Source: an uncultured Chloroflexia bacterium (GTDB lineage Bacteria; Chloroflexota; Limnocylindria; Limnocylindrales; CSP1-4). Taken from it: a stretch of DNA of 64,000 bases. This document shows positions 47,998 through 57,705 of the stretch, in pieces (within the stretch, counting starts at the first letter, position 1; every line of letters begins with the position of its first letter). Made by a program: the position numbers and the translations under genes. The stretch is from NCBI GenBank assembly GCA_963727055.1, contig CAVSEN010000002.1:736199-800198 (forward strand), read 5' to 3'. The notes beneath the pieces were generated by a model. It saw only the letters and a program-made list of their open reading frames with translations, was not told where the DNA came from and made no database searches.

Positions 47998-49082
47998 GTG
48001 GCCGCCGGCCGATCGTCGTCGACTGCGACACCGGGATCGACGACAGCCTGGCCCTGCTCTACCTGCTGGCCTCGGACGACGTCGAGCTGGTCGCGATCAC
48101 CTGCTCGAGCGGCAACGTCGAGGCGGCCCAGGTCGCCCGCAACAACCTCGGGATCCTCGAGCTGGTCCGCCGGACGGGGATCGAGGTCGCCCTCGGGCGG
48201 ACCGTGCCGCTCGTTCGGCCCCTCGAGATCACGCCTGAGACCCACGGCCCGCTGGGCGTCGGATATGCCGAGCTGCCCGCCGGCCATGGGTCTGTATCGC
48301 GCCGCCATGCCGCCGACCTGATCGCCGACGAAGCTCGCCGGCGGCCGGGCGAGCTGACCCTTCTGTGCATCGGACCGCTGACGAACCTGGCCGTCGCCCT
48401 GGAGCGCGAGCCGGCCCTGCCCCGGCTGCTGCGCCGGCTCGTGATCATGGGCGGGGCATTCCGGGTCCCGGGCAACACGACGCCGGTCTCCGAGTGGAAC
48501 ATCCACTGCGATCCCGACGCGGCCCACGCGGTCTTCGCGGCCTGGAGCACGGCGATCGAAGCTGATCCGAACGCGCCCCGGATCCTCGCGCTGGGCCTCG
48601 ACGTCACCGAGCGGGCGGTGATCCGTCCCGACCACGTCGTGGCCCTTGCCCGTCGGGCCGGCAGCCGGCCCGACGACGCGATCGCCCTGGATCGGGGCGA
48701 GGATCCGATGCGCACGACCCGGTCGGTGGCGAGCAACCCGGTCGTCCGGTTCGTGGCCGACGCGCTGCGCTTCTACATGGAGTTCCACGCGGAGTACGAC
48801 GGCTTCTACGGCGCGTTCATCCACGACCCGCTGGCCGCGGCGGCGGCCCTCGACGAGACGCTCGTTTCGACCCAGGCCCTGGCGGTCGATGTCGAGACCG
48901 GCGGCGAGCTGTCGGCCGGCCAGACGATCGCCGACTTCCGCGGCCTGTGGCACCGGCCGCCGAACGTCGACGTTGCCCTGAGCGCGGACACCGAGGAGTT
49001 CCTGCGCCGGCTGGTCGAGCGGGTCGGCGCGCTGGCCGAGCGCATTGGAGTAGCCGCGCGAGTCTCGGACGTGGCACCCTAG
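47994..49082 (+). CDS. nucleoside hydrolase (IUNH family)
   Basis: The N-terminal Asp cluster IVVDCDTGIDDSLAL is the family hallmark. Also LLCIGPLTNLA and WNIHCDPDAA. ATGA overlap with the GNAT stop. Confidence 0.85.
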   Translation: MSGRRPIVVDCDTGIDDSLALLYLLASDDVELVAITCSSGNVEAAQVARNNLGILELVRRTGIEVALGRTVPLVRPLEITPETHGPLGVGYAELPAGHGSVSRRHAADLIADEARRRPGELTLLCIGPLTNLAVALEREPALPRLLRRLVIMGGAFRVPGNTTPVSEWNIHCDPDAAHAVFAAWSTAIEADPNAPRILALGLDVTERAVIRPDHVVALARRAGSRPDDAIALDRGEDPMRTTRSVASNPVVRFVADALRFYMEFHAEYDGFYGAFIHDPLAAAAALDETLVSTQALAVDVETGGELSAGQTIADFRGLWHRPPNVDVALSADTEEFLRRLVERVGALAERIGVAARVSDVAP

Positions 49083-49151
49083 GGAGGAGGGTGACTCGAG
49101 ATACCGGCGGACGTCCGGATCGGCGAGCGGGCAGGTCGGAGGAACCATCTG

Positions 49152-49964
49152 ATGGGCTGGATCTCGCGCCAATTCACGACGCGCACGATCGTGTTGATCC
49201 CGATCGCCATCGCGATCAACATCAGCCTCGGCTATACGGTCCAGACCGTCCTGAAGCTGCCGATCTACCTCGATTCGATCGGCACGATCCTTGTCGGCGT
49301 GCTCGCCGGGCCGATCGCCGGGGCACTCACGGGTGTGCTCTCGAACCTGATCTGGCAGCTGATCGCGGGCGGTACGGCTGGACCCTTCGCGATCGTCGCC
49401 GGAGTGATCGGCCTGATGGCCGGCCTGTGGGGGTACCTGGGCGTCTATCGCTCGCGCCCGGCCTCCCGCAACCAGCTGATCGCCGCGGCGGTCCTCGCCG
49501 CAGTGGTCATTGCGGTCGTGATCTTCCCGATCCTGAACAACCCGGCCTACACCGACCCGAACATCGGCGGGTATCCGAGCTGGGTCTTCACGGCGGCCGT
49601 GATTATCGGCATCCTGGCTGCAATCGTGGTCGCCGGATTCATCCTGATTCGGCGCGACCTGGCCGGCTTCTGGGTGGCGCTCGCCGGGGTCCTGACCGGC
49701 ATCGTGGCTGCGATCGTGTCGGCGCCGATCGCCGCCTACGTGTTCGGCGGCGTCACGGGCGCCGGTGTCGATGTCCTCGTGGCAGCGCTCCGCCAGGGCG
49801 GATCAGACGTGATCCACGCCTCGCTCGGGCAGGGGCTGTTCAGCGACCCGATCGACAAGACGATCACGAGCTTCGTCGTGTTCATCGTCCTGGGCGGCCT
49901 GTCGCCGCGGATCGTGGCCAGGTTTCCGAACGGCGAGCGCCTGACGGGCCCGGGTCCCAGCTGA
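49152..49964 (+). CDS. ECF-transporter substrate-capture (S) component-like membrane protein, substrate unknown
   Basis: 270 aa with about 6-7 TM segments. It lies directly upstream of EcfT and two EcfA genes. GGAGGA is the RBS. Confidence 0.6.
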   Translation: MGWISRQFTTRTIVLIPIAIAINISLGYTVQTVLKLPIYLDSIGTILVGVLAGPIAGALTGVLSNLIWQLIAGGTAGPFAIVAGVIGLMAGLWGYLGVYRSRPASRNQLIAAAVLAAVVIAVVIFPILNNPAYTDPNIGGYPSWVFTAAVIIGILAAIVVAGFILIRRDLAGFWVALAGVLTGIVAAIVSAPIAAYVFGGVTGAGVDVLVAALRQGGSDVIHASLGQGLFSDPIDKTITSFVVFIVLGGLSPRIVARFPNGERLTGPGPS

Positions 49965-50004
49965 TCCGGTCGGGGCTGGGGCTCGAACGACGGCGGAGAT
50001 CAAG

Positions 50005-50793
50005 CTGAGCTCGGTCCCCGACTTCGTCCTGCGCCCGCCGACAGGGTTCTATCGCCGCCTCAACCCAGCGACCAAGCTCGTCTTCGCGCTGTGCACGGCC
50101 CTCCTCGCCTTCGTGCTGCGGGGCTGGCTGGCCCCGATTGTCGCGATCGTCGCCGTCGGCCTGATCGTCGGCCGGGCACGCCTGGGACGCGCGTTCCTGC
50201 CCTTCGTGCTGGCCACGCTGCCGATCCTGATCTCGATCCTCCTGATCGATACGTTCCTCTACCCCGGGGCGACCGACACGGTCTTCTCGATCGGACCGTT
50301 CCGGGCGACGGCCAGCGGCCTGACCGTGGCCGGCCAGGCCTCGCTCCGGATCGTGGCGTTCGCCCTGAGCGTGGCCGTCTTCGCCCTGACCACCCCGACC
50401 GATGACCTCATCGCCGATCTCGAGCGGCGCGGCCTCGGCCGGCGTGGGTCGTTCATCGTCAGCTCCGCGATCCGGGCGATCCCGCGCCTGGGCAGCCGGG
50501 CGCGCGAGGTCACCGATGCCCAGCGGGCCCGGGGGCTCGACACGGAGGGCTCACCCTGGCGTCGGATTCGCGGCGTGGTGCCGCTGGCCGGGCCACTGAT
50601 CACCGGAGCCCTGTCCGAGGTCGAGGAACGCGCCATGGCGCTCGAGGCACGAGCGTTCAGCGCGCCGAACCGCCGGGTGACGCTGCGTCCCCTCCCGGAC
50701 AGCAGTGCCCAGCGCGCCGGGCGATGGCTCCTCAGCCTGGGCACCTTGGCCCTGATCCTGGCCACGATCTCCGGGCACCTGGTCACCCCATGA
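50005..50793 (+). CDS. energy-coupling factor transporter transmembrane (T) component; start codon unresolved
   Basis: The conserved EcfT N-terminus FYRRLNPATKLVFALCTALLAF lies upstream of the first canonical start (GTG 50113). There is no ATG, GTG or TTG in frame between 49965 and 50112. Confidence 0.7.
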   Translation: MSSVPDFVLRPPTGFYRRLNPATKLVFALCTALLAFVLRGWLAPIVAIVAVGLIVGRARLGRAFLPFVLATLPILISILLIDTFLYPGATDTVFSIGPFRATASGLTVAGQASLRIVAFALSVAVFALTTPTDDLIADLERRGLGRRGSFIVSSAIRAIPRLGSRAREVTDAQRARGLDTEGSPWRRIRGVVPLAGPLITGALSEVEERAMALEARAFSAPNRRVTLRPLPDSSAQRAGRWLLSLGTLALILATISGHLVTP

Positions 50794-51608
50794 GCCTGGT
50801 CAACCTCCGCGGCGTTCGCTACCGCTACGCCGGGGCCTCCGAGTGGGCCCTGGACGGCATCGACCTGACGGCTGGCCCCGGCGAGGTGGTCGGGGTCTGC
50901 GGGCCGAACGACGCGGGCAAGTCCACGCTCTGCCTCGTCGTCGCGGGCCTGGCCCCCGGCTCGATCGGGGGATCCGTCGAGGGGGCGGTCGTGATCGACG
51001 GCGCGGAGACGCGGACGCTCACACCCGATGCGATCGCCCAGCGCTGCGGAATCCTCTTCCAGAACGCATCGACCCAGCTGACCGGCACGACCTCGACCGT
51101 CTGGGAGGAGATCGCCTTCGGCCCTCGCAACCTGGGCCTCGATGTCGAGGCGATCGTGGAGCGGGTCGACTGGGCGATGCGCCTGGCCCGCGTGGAGCAG
51201 CTCGCCAGCCGGCCGCCGGATCGGCTGTCGGGCGGCCAGGCCCAGCTCGTTGCCCTGGCCGCCGTCCTCGCCCTGCGTCCGAAGATCCTGGTCCTCGACG
51301 AGCCGACGAGCCAGCTCGACCCCGCCGGCACCAACCTGGTTGGCGAGAGCCTGGCCGGGCTGGCGGCCGACGCGGGCACGACGCTGATCATCGTCGAGCA
51401 CAAGACCGACCTGCTCGATCGGCTCTGCCAACGGGTCGTGGTCATCGACGGCGGCCGATCGGTGCTGGACGGCCCGACCACCGCGGTTCTCGAGGATCCG
51501 CGCCTGGCTGGCTGGGGGGTCGAGGCTCCATCGCGCGTCCGGTTGGCGGCCCTGGCCTCACGGCGCGGGGTCGACCCGACGACCCTGGCCCTCGCGAGCG
51601 CCCCGTGA
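50790..51608 (+). CDS. ECF transporter ATPase (EcfA-like)
   Basis: GPNDAGKST, LSGGQAQLVALA and ILVLDEPTSQLD. ATGA overlap with the T component. Confidence 0.85.
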   Translation: MSLVNLRGVRYRYAGASEWALDGIDLTAGPGEVVGVCGPNDAGKSTLCLVVAGLAPGSIGGSVEGAVVIDGAETRTLTPDAIAQRCGILFQNASTQLTGTTSTVWEEIAFGPRNLGLDVEAIVERVDWAMRLARVEQLASRPPDRLSGGQAQLVALAAVLALRPKILVLDEPTSQLDPAGTNLVGESLAGLAADAGTTLIIVEHKTDLLDRLCQRVVVIDGGRSVLDGPTTAVLEDPRLAGWGVEAPSRVRLAALASRRGVDPTTLALASAP

Positions 51609-52411
51609 TCGAGGTCCGCGGGCTGGTCCATGTCTACCCCGACGGGACCCGGGCGGTCGACGGCGTCGACCTCGTGGTCGCCGACGGTGACCGCCTGGCG
51701 ATCATCGGCCAGAACGGCAGCGGCAAGTCGACCCTGGTCCGGCATCTCAACGGACTCCTCCGGCCGACCGCGGGCGAGGTCCTGATCGACGGCAGGCCGA
51801 CGGCCGGCGAGCGCGTCGCGGCCCTGGCCGCCCGGGTCGGGGTCGCCTTCCAGGACCCGGACCGCCAGATCTTCGCCGGCAAGGTCCGGACCGAGGTCGC
51901 CTTCGGGCCGCGCAACCTGGGCCTGCGCGGAGCGGCCCTCGACGCGGCCGTGACCTCGGCGCTGGCGGCGGTCGGGCTGGCCGACCAGGCCGAGCGCAAC
52001 CCATACGATCTCGGCTTCTCGAAGCGCAAGCTGCTCGCGCTTGCCTCGGTCCTGGCCATGGGCACGCCCACCCTCGTCCTGGACGAGCCGACGACCGGCC
52101 AGGACCTGCGCGGCGTCGAGCGGATCCAGGCCCTCGTCGCCGACCTGTCGGCGGCGGGCCGGACGGTCATCGCGATCAGCCATGACATGCGTTTCGTGGC
52201 CGAGACGTTCGCCCGCGTCGCGGTCATGCGCGAGGGCCGCCTGATCCTGGACGGCACGCCGGCCGAGGTCTTCGCGGAAGCGAGCTGGCCGGCGCTCGCG
52301 GGAACCTACGTCGAGCCCCCGCTGGCCGCCCGGATCGGCGCCCGGCTGGGTCTCGGGCCCACGCCGACCGACGCGGCCCTGGTGACGGCCCTCGAGGCTC
52401 GCCCCACCTGA
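51605..52411 (+). CDS. ECF transporter ATPase (EcfA'-like)
   Basis: GQNGSGKST, an atypical signature FSKRKLLALA, and LVLDEPTTGQD. GTGA overlap. Confidence 0.85.
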   Translation: MIEVRGLVHVYPDGTRAVDGVDLVVADGDRLAIIGQNGSGKSTLVRHLNGLLRPTAGEVLIDGRPTAGERVAALAARVGVAFQDPDRQIFAGKVRTEVAFGPRNLGLRGAALDAAVTSALAAVGLADQAERNPYDLGFSKRKLLALASVLAMGTPTLVLDEPTTGQDLRGVERIQALVADLSAAGRTVIAISHDMRFVAETFARVAVMREGRLILDGTPAEVFAEASWPALAGTYVEPPLAARIGARLGLGPTPTDAALVTALEARPT

Positions 52412-52515
52412 CGATCGGACCATGCACGTGCCCGAATGGCCCGCGGGTTGAGGCCGTTCGGCACTCGGCCCGATCGGTCCCCGAACCGACACTCAAGGCA
52501 CGAAAGAGGTGCGTC

Positions 52516-53484
52516 ATGCGCGTCGTGCTTGCCGTTGATGGATCGATCGCTGCTGACCGTGCTCGTGATTTCGTCGCCCGGCTGGCCCTGCCGGCCGACA
52601 CGCTCGTTCGGGCAGTCGCGGTCATGGATGGCGGCCCTGCCCTGAGCGGCACGGCCTGGTCGGATGACGCGTCCGAATCGAAGCACGGCACCGAGAGCCA
52701 CCGCCAGCACCTCCTGCAGGCGCTCGACACGACCCGCGAGACGCTCGAGGCCGCCGGCATCAGCCACGTCGACTCCGTGCTGCTCCTCGGCGTGCCGGCC
52801 CACGCGATCATCGACGAGGCCGACGACTACCACGCCGACCTCCTGGTCGTCGGCCACCGCGGCCGGGGCGCCCTCGCCACGACCCTCCTGGGATCGACCT
52901 CGACGGCGCTCGTCGAGCACGCCCACTGCCCGGTCCTCGTCGTCCGCGAGCCGAAGGTCGGCCGCGTCCTGCTCGCCGACGACGGCTCGGCATCGAGCCG
53001 GGAGGCGGTCGAGGCCGTGGCCCGCTGGCCGATCTTCGACCACCTGCCGGTCACCGTCGTGAGCGTCGCCGACGTCCGGATCCCGATCGCGATCGAGGTC
53101 CAGCCCGGGATCTACGAGCAGGTCGTCGAGTCGTACATCGAGTCGGCCGATGTCGCCCGCGAGCAGACCGCCGCGATCGCGTCGCGGACCGCCGACAAGC
53201 TTGCCGCGGCCGGCCGCCAGGCCCGCTCGGAGATGCACGAAGGCGCGCCTGCCTCGGCGATCGTCGAGACCGCGACCGCGCTCGGCGTCGACCTGATCGT
53301 GATGGGTACCCGCGGCCACACCGGCCTCGCCCGCCTCGCGCTCGGCGGCACCGCCCGCAGCGTCGTCATCCACGCACCGTGCTCGGTCCTCGTCGTCCGC
53401 GGCCTGCGGGCGGCCGACGACGTCGTCCCGGTCGAAGCGCCCAGCGCCGACCACTCGGTTCCGCTCGCCGCGACTCGCAGCTGA
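52516..53484 (+). CDS. tandem universal stress protein (two UspA domains)
   Basis: VVLAVDGS...VVGHRGRGALATTLLGSTSTALVEHAHCPVLVVR, and VLLADDGS...VMGTRGHTGLARLALGGTARSVVIHAPCSVLVVR. Confidence 0.85.
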   Translation: MRVVLAVDGSIAADRARDFVARLALPADTLVRAVAVMDGGPALSGTAWSDDASESKHGTESHRQHLLQALDTTRETLEAAGISHVDSVLLLGVPAHAIIDEADDYHADLLVVGHRGRGALATTLLGSTSTALVEHAHCPVLVVREPKVGRVLLADDGSASSREAVEAVARWPIFDHLPVTVVSVADVRIPIAIEVQPGIYEQVVESYIESADVAREQTAAIASRTADKLAAAGRQARSEMHEGAPASAIVETATALGVDLIVMGTRGHTGLARLALGGTARSVVIHAPCSVLVVRGLRAADDVVPVEAPSADHSVPLAATRS

Positions 53485-53493
53485 GCCGGCGGT

Positions 53494-53946
53494 CTATCGC
53501 TTCAGGGCGACCTCGAACATCTCGTCGGCGACGATCCGCCACGCCCGAATGCCGGGCTCGCCGGACTCGGGATCGGCCTCGTCCGGGTCGAGCGAGACCA
53601 GGATGTACAGCGCGTCCGGATACGCCTCCGCCTGCCGGACATCGGTCGGCGACGGGCGCGCCTCGGTGTGGGTGTGGGAATGGACGATCGCCCAGAACGC
53701 CTCGTCGCGATCGTCGGCCTCGACCGTCAGGCGGTAGAGGTCGGCTCCGTCGACCCGATAGCGGAGCGGTGACGCCGCCTCGTTGCGGGTCGGCACGAAG
53801 CGCAGCGCCCGGCCACCGGCCGGGGCATAGGCCGAGCCGATGATCACTCCGCAGGCCTCGTTCGGGTAGTCGCCCCGGGCGTGGGCGATGATCGCCGCCC
53901 GCATCTCATCCGGCAGCACGACCGAGGCCGGGCCGGGCCTGCTCAC
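53494..53946 (-). CDS. mec: JAMM/MPN+ metalloprotease (Mec-like)
   Basis: NEACGVIIG...HSHTHTEARPSPTD is the JAMM motif. The GTG overlaps the cysM stop. Confidence 0.8.
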   Translation of the reverse strand: MSRPGPASVVLPDEMRAAIIAHARGDYPNEACGVIIGSAYAPAGGRALRFVPTRNEAASPLRYRVDGADLYRLTVEADDRDEAFWAIVHSHTHTEARPSPTDVRQAEAYPDALYILVSLDPDEADPESGEPGIRAWRIVADEMFEVALKR

Positions 53947-54996
53947 CACCAGTTGACGCCGCCCTCGAGGTCGGCTTCCATCTCGTCCAGGTCGCGGTTG
54001 AAGGTGCCCGCCGAGAGGTACTTCCAGCCGCCGTCGGGCAGCAGGGCGACGATCGTCCCGGCGCCCATCTTGCGCGCCTCGCGGGCCGCGGCGACGAGGA
54101 CGGCCCCGCACGACGGCCCGGCGAAGATCCCCTCGCGATCGACCAGGTCGCGCAGCGCGGCGATCGCGTCGCGGTTGCTGACCAGGTACTTCGCGTCGAG
54201 CAGGTCGGGGTCGAGGATCTCGGGCACGAAGCCGTCGTCGAGCGAGCGCAGGCCCTGGACGTTCTCGCCGGGCAGCGGCTCGGCGGCCACGATCCGGACG
54301 CCGGGCTTGGCCCGCCGGAAGAAGCGGGCGACGCCCATCAGCGTGCCGCCCGTGCCCAGGCCGGCGACGAACGTGTCGATCTCGGGGCAGTCGGCCAGGA
54401 TCTCCGGCCCGGTCGTCGTCGTCGTGGGCGAGCGGGTTGGCCGGGTTGCCGTACTGGTAGGGCATCACGAAGCGAGGGTCCTTGGCGACCAGGTGCTTGG
54501 CCAGGGCGATCGCCCCATTGCTGCCCAGCTGGCCGGGCGAGTCGATCACCTCGGCCCCGAAGAGGGCCGCCATCTGGCGGCGCTCCTGGGTGACGTTGGC
54601 GGGCATGACCAGGGCGACCCGGTAGCCCTTCCGCCGGCCGATCATCGCCAGGGCGATCCCGGTGTTGCCCGAGGTCGGCTCGAGGATGATCGAATCGGGC
54701 TGGAGGCGGCCGGATGCCTCGAGATCGGCGATCAGGGCCCGGGCGACCCGGTCCTTGACCGAGCCGGTCGGATTCATCATCTCGAGCTTGGCGAAGATCC
54801 GGACGTTCGGGTTGGGCGACATCCGGGGGATCTCGACGAGCGGCGTGTGGCCGATCGCGTCGAGGATGCTGTCGTAGCGGCCCCCGTGCGGGCTGAGCGC
54901 CTCGTGGGCGTGGGCGTGGTCGTGGTCATGACCATGCCCGTCGCCCGGCTCTTGCTGCCGCTCGTGGTCGGGGGCGGCCTCGCGCAGCGTGACCAT
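53943..54996 (-). pseudogene. cysM: PLP-dependent cysteine synthase (CysM-like), one frame break near 54420, His/Asp-rich N-terminal tract
   Basis: GHTPLVEI...NPTGSVKDR...SGNTGIALA...YGNPANPLAH, then in the next frame TTGPEILADCPEIDTFVAGLGTGGTLMGVARFF... The break sits in GACGACGACGAC. Length is 3n+1. Confidence 0.8.
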
Positions 54997-55001
54997 CGCC
55001 G

Positions 55002-55289
55002 CTACGCCTCGCCCGTCGAGCCCCCGGCCATGGCCGGCAGCAGGCGGACCTCGTCGGCCGCCGCGACGACGGTCGATTCGCCGCCGAGGTAGCGGATGTC
55101 CTGGCCGTTGACGTAGACGTTGACGAACCGGTTCAGCCCGCCCTCCGGCGTCCGGATCTGCGAGCCGAGCGAGGGATGGGCGCCGATCAGGGCGTCGATC
55201 ACCTCGCCGACGGTCGCCCCGGCGATGTCGAGCTGCTTGGCGCCGCCGGCCGCGGCGCGCAGGACGGGCGGGATCCAGACCGTGCTCAT
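55002..55289 (-). CDS. cysO: MoaD/ThiS-family sulfur carrier (CysO-like) with 5 residues after the Gly-Gly
   Basis: MSTVWIPPVLRAAAGGAKQLDIAG...VYVNGQDIR...LLPAMAGG-STGEA. ATGA overlap with the upstream gene. Confidence 0.75.
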   Translation of the reverse strand: MSTVWIPPVLRAAAGGAKQLDIAGATVGEVIDALIGAHPSLGSQIRTPEGGLNRFVNVYVNGQDIRYLGGESTVVAAADEVRLLPAMAGGSTGEA

Positions 55290-56513
55290 CGAGCGGTCGC
55301 GCTGGTGGAGGCTGTGCCGACCGGGGCCCCGAGAGCGAACGGCTGGTCGGCGCCGACCGGCGGCGGGACGGGTGCCCCGGCCGCCCGGGCGGCCACCGCC
55401 GCGTCGGAGCAGATCGGGCACTCCGGGTCGCGCCGGAGCCTGAGCTCGGTGAACGAGCCCTCCAGGGCGTCGAACAGGAGCAGCCGGCCGGCGAGCGATT
55501 CGCCGATTCCCAGGAGCAGCTTGAGCACCTCGTTCGCCTGGAGCAGGCCCATGATCCCGGGCACGACGCCGAGGACGCCGGCGACCGAGCAGCCGGGGGC
55601 GAGCTCGGGCGGCGGCGGGGTTGGATAGAGGCAGCGGTAGCACGGGCCGTCGTACGGCTTGAAGACCGTCAGCTGGCCCTCGAACCGGAAGACGCTGGCG
55701 TGGACGACCGGGATGCCCGGCGATCGACCGCGGCGTCGTTCAGCAGGTAGCGGGTCTCGAACGTATCGGTCCCGTCGAGGATCACGTCGTAGCCGGAGAT
55801 GATCCGCTCGACGTTGTCGGCGACGAGCATCTCGTCGTGGCCGATCACGTTGATCCCCGGGTTCAGGGCGAGGAGCGTCTTGCGCGCCGACTCGACCTTC
55901 TTCTCGCCGACCCGGTCGGTCGTGTGGACGACCTGGCGCTGGAGGTTCGAGAGGTCGACGACGTCGAAGTCGATGATCCCGATCGTGCCCACGCCGGCGG
56001 CGGCGAGGTACAGCGAGGCGGGCGAGCCGAGGCCACCGGCCCCGATCAGGAGGACCTTCGAGTCGAGCAGCTTCGCCTGGCCGAGCGCGCCGACCTCGGG
56101 GATCAGCAGGTGCCGGCTGTAGCGGAGCTTCTGCTCGGGCGACAGGACGTCGGGGTCGCCCACGGCAGGCCCTGCGCCTTCCAGCCCTGGAAGCCGCCGG
56201 CCATCGATGCGACGTCCGTGTAGCCCAGCTCGAGCCAGCGTCTCCGAGGCGAAGACGGAGCGGATCCCCGACGCGCAGTACAGCACGATCGGCCGGCTGC
56301 GGTCGGGTGCGACGCCTTCGATCAGGCTCTCGAGGTGGCTGCGTGGGACGTGGACGGCGCCCGGCAGGTGGCCGGCCTCCCACTCGTGGTTCTCGCGGAC
56401 GTCGATCAGCAACGGGCCGGGCGCGGTTCGCGCTGGAGGTCGACTTCGGCGGTCGACACTTCGCGGACCCGGGCGCGAGCCTCGCGCAGGAGATCGGAAT
56501 AGGACTTGGTCAT
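55286..56513 (-). pseudogene. rhodanese - ThiF/MoeB adenylyltransferase fusion (rhodanese N-terminal), about four frame breaks
   Basis: MTKSYSDLLREARARVREVSTAEV / LLIDVRENHEWEAGHLPGAVHVP...VLYCASGIRS / LGYTDVASMAGGFQGWKAQGLPW / RYSRHLLIPEVGALGQAKLLDSKVLLIGAGGLGSP...DFDVVDLSNLQRQ / VVHASVFRFEGQLTVF...CYRCLYP...ECPIC lie in different frames. Confidence 0.75.
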
Positions 56514-56651
56514 GAGGTCGGAGGGACTCCGAGGAGCGACGGGCTGGCACGGTCTTCGAGCCAGGGCGGATCACCCGGCGCGGGACGCCGGACGTGGATG
56601 GCGGCCGGCCTCAAGCCGGCGTGAGACACCTGCAGCGGCCGCGTCGGTTGA

Positions 56652-57071
56652 TCACGAGGCGGCGCCCTTGGCTTCGGCCGGGGCTTCGGCGTCAGCCGCC
56701 GAGTCCGGCTTCTCGGCCAGGGCATGCTCGAGCGTCTCGAGGCTGAGCATCGCGCACTTCAGGCGGGCCGGGCTGATCTCGATCCCGAGCAGGTCGAGCA
56801 GGTCATCGGCGCGGAAGGCCTCGGCCTTCTCGACCGGCATGCCCATGATCTCGTCGGTCAGGAGCGAGGCACTGGCCTGGCTGATCGCGCAGCCCCGGCC
56901 GGTGAACGCGATCTCCTTGACCACGCCGTCGCGGATCCCGATCTGCATCGTGATCCGGTCGCCGCACAGCGGGTTGGCGCCTTCGAAGCTGGCCGTCGGC
57001 GCGTCGAGCACGCCGAAGTTGTGCGGCCGTCGGTAGTGCTCGAGGATGTAGTCGCGGTACAGGTCGTCCAT
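56652..57071 (-). CDS. sufU: SUF-type NifU-family Fe-S scaffold (SufU-like)
   Basis: YRDYILEHYRRPHNFG...NPLCGDRI...GRGCAISQASAS...RLKCAMLS. ATG 57071 was chosen over the longer ORF. Confidence 0.8.
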   Translation of the reverse strand: MDDLYRDYILEHYRRPHNFGVLDAPTASFEGANPLCGDRITMQIGIRDGVVKEIAFTGRGCAISQASASLLTDEIMGMPVEKAEAFRADDLLDLLGIEISPARLKCAMLSLETLEHALAEKPDSAADAEAPAEAKGAAS

Positions 57072-57134
57072 CTGGTCCGGGAGTGTAGCGTGTCCTCGCC
57101 CGGACTCAATTCCGAGCGATCTGGTCAGGATTAA

Positions 57135-57164
57135 ATCGTAGTCCGATCGAGGAGATCCCGTCAA
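57135..57164 (-). promoter_or_regulatory. candidate sigma-70-type promoter TTGACG-18-TACGAT upstream of sufU
   Basis: The minus strand reads TTGACGggatctcctcgatcggacTACGAT, about 60 nt upstream of ATG 57071. Confidence 0.5.
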
Positions 57165-57705
57165 CGGGGCGGAGGGGTAGTAGATAGGCCGGCGTGAAGT
57201 TGCCGCGACGGGTCAGGCCCTACGCGGAGAAAGACCTGCCGAAGGACTGCCCGGGTGATGGTTTGTGCCGCGTCGCGAGCCTCTGAGCGAAGTGCCTGGC
57301 CCCTCATCAACGGCTCAAGGACTCCGCAGACCTGCTGTTGATAGGTGAGCGGCGGAAGCAACAACTCATGGCTGAGGAACGTATGGGGTTGCACACGCTG
57401 TCGGCGATCGCCCAACCCGGAACTACCCGAAGTGACCTCTCGCCAGACCTCCCGATCGAGGCTGTAGCGTCGGGCAGCGGTGGGCGGATGACTACCTGGC
57501 CGTTTGGGGCACCTCGAGAGCCGCATGGCCGTGATCCGAAGCCGCCCGGCGGCGCGGGCCTCGACCAGGGCGGGATCGGCGAACCGGCGGGCCCTTCCAG
57601 CGCGCGCCACCCGCGGGATGAGTCCGCATCGCTTCCTGCGTGATCTTGCCCGGTGTGGTATGCCTCGGCAGGGCGCCCATTGCAAAGTGCGAGGAGTGTT
57701 CGACC

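Noticed and set aside
49083-49151. Riboswitch (for example preQ1) in front of the ECF S component.
   Set aside because: The leader is only about 70 nt and I could not find any known riboswitch core sequence in it.
53494-54996. Single 500-aa ORF that looks like a CysM-Mec fusion. Similarly, 2034..2810 looks like a GNAT fused to a small protein.
   Set aside because: In both cases the read-through is produced by a frame break. The true C-terminus of the first gene lies in another frame and has its own stop.
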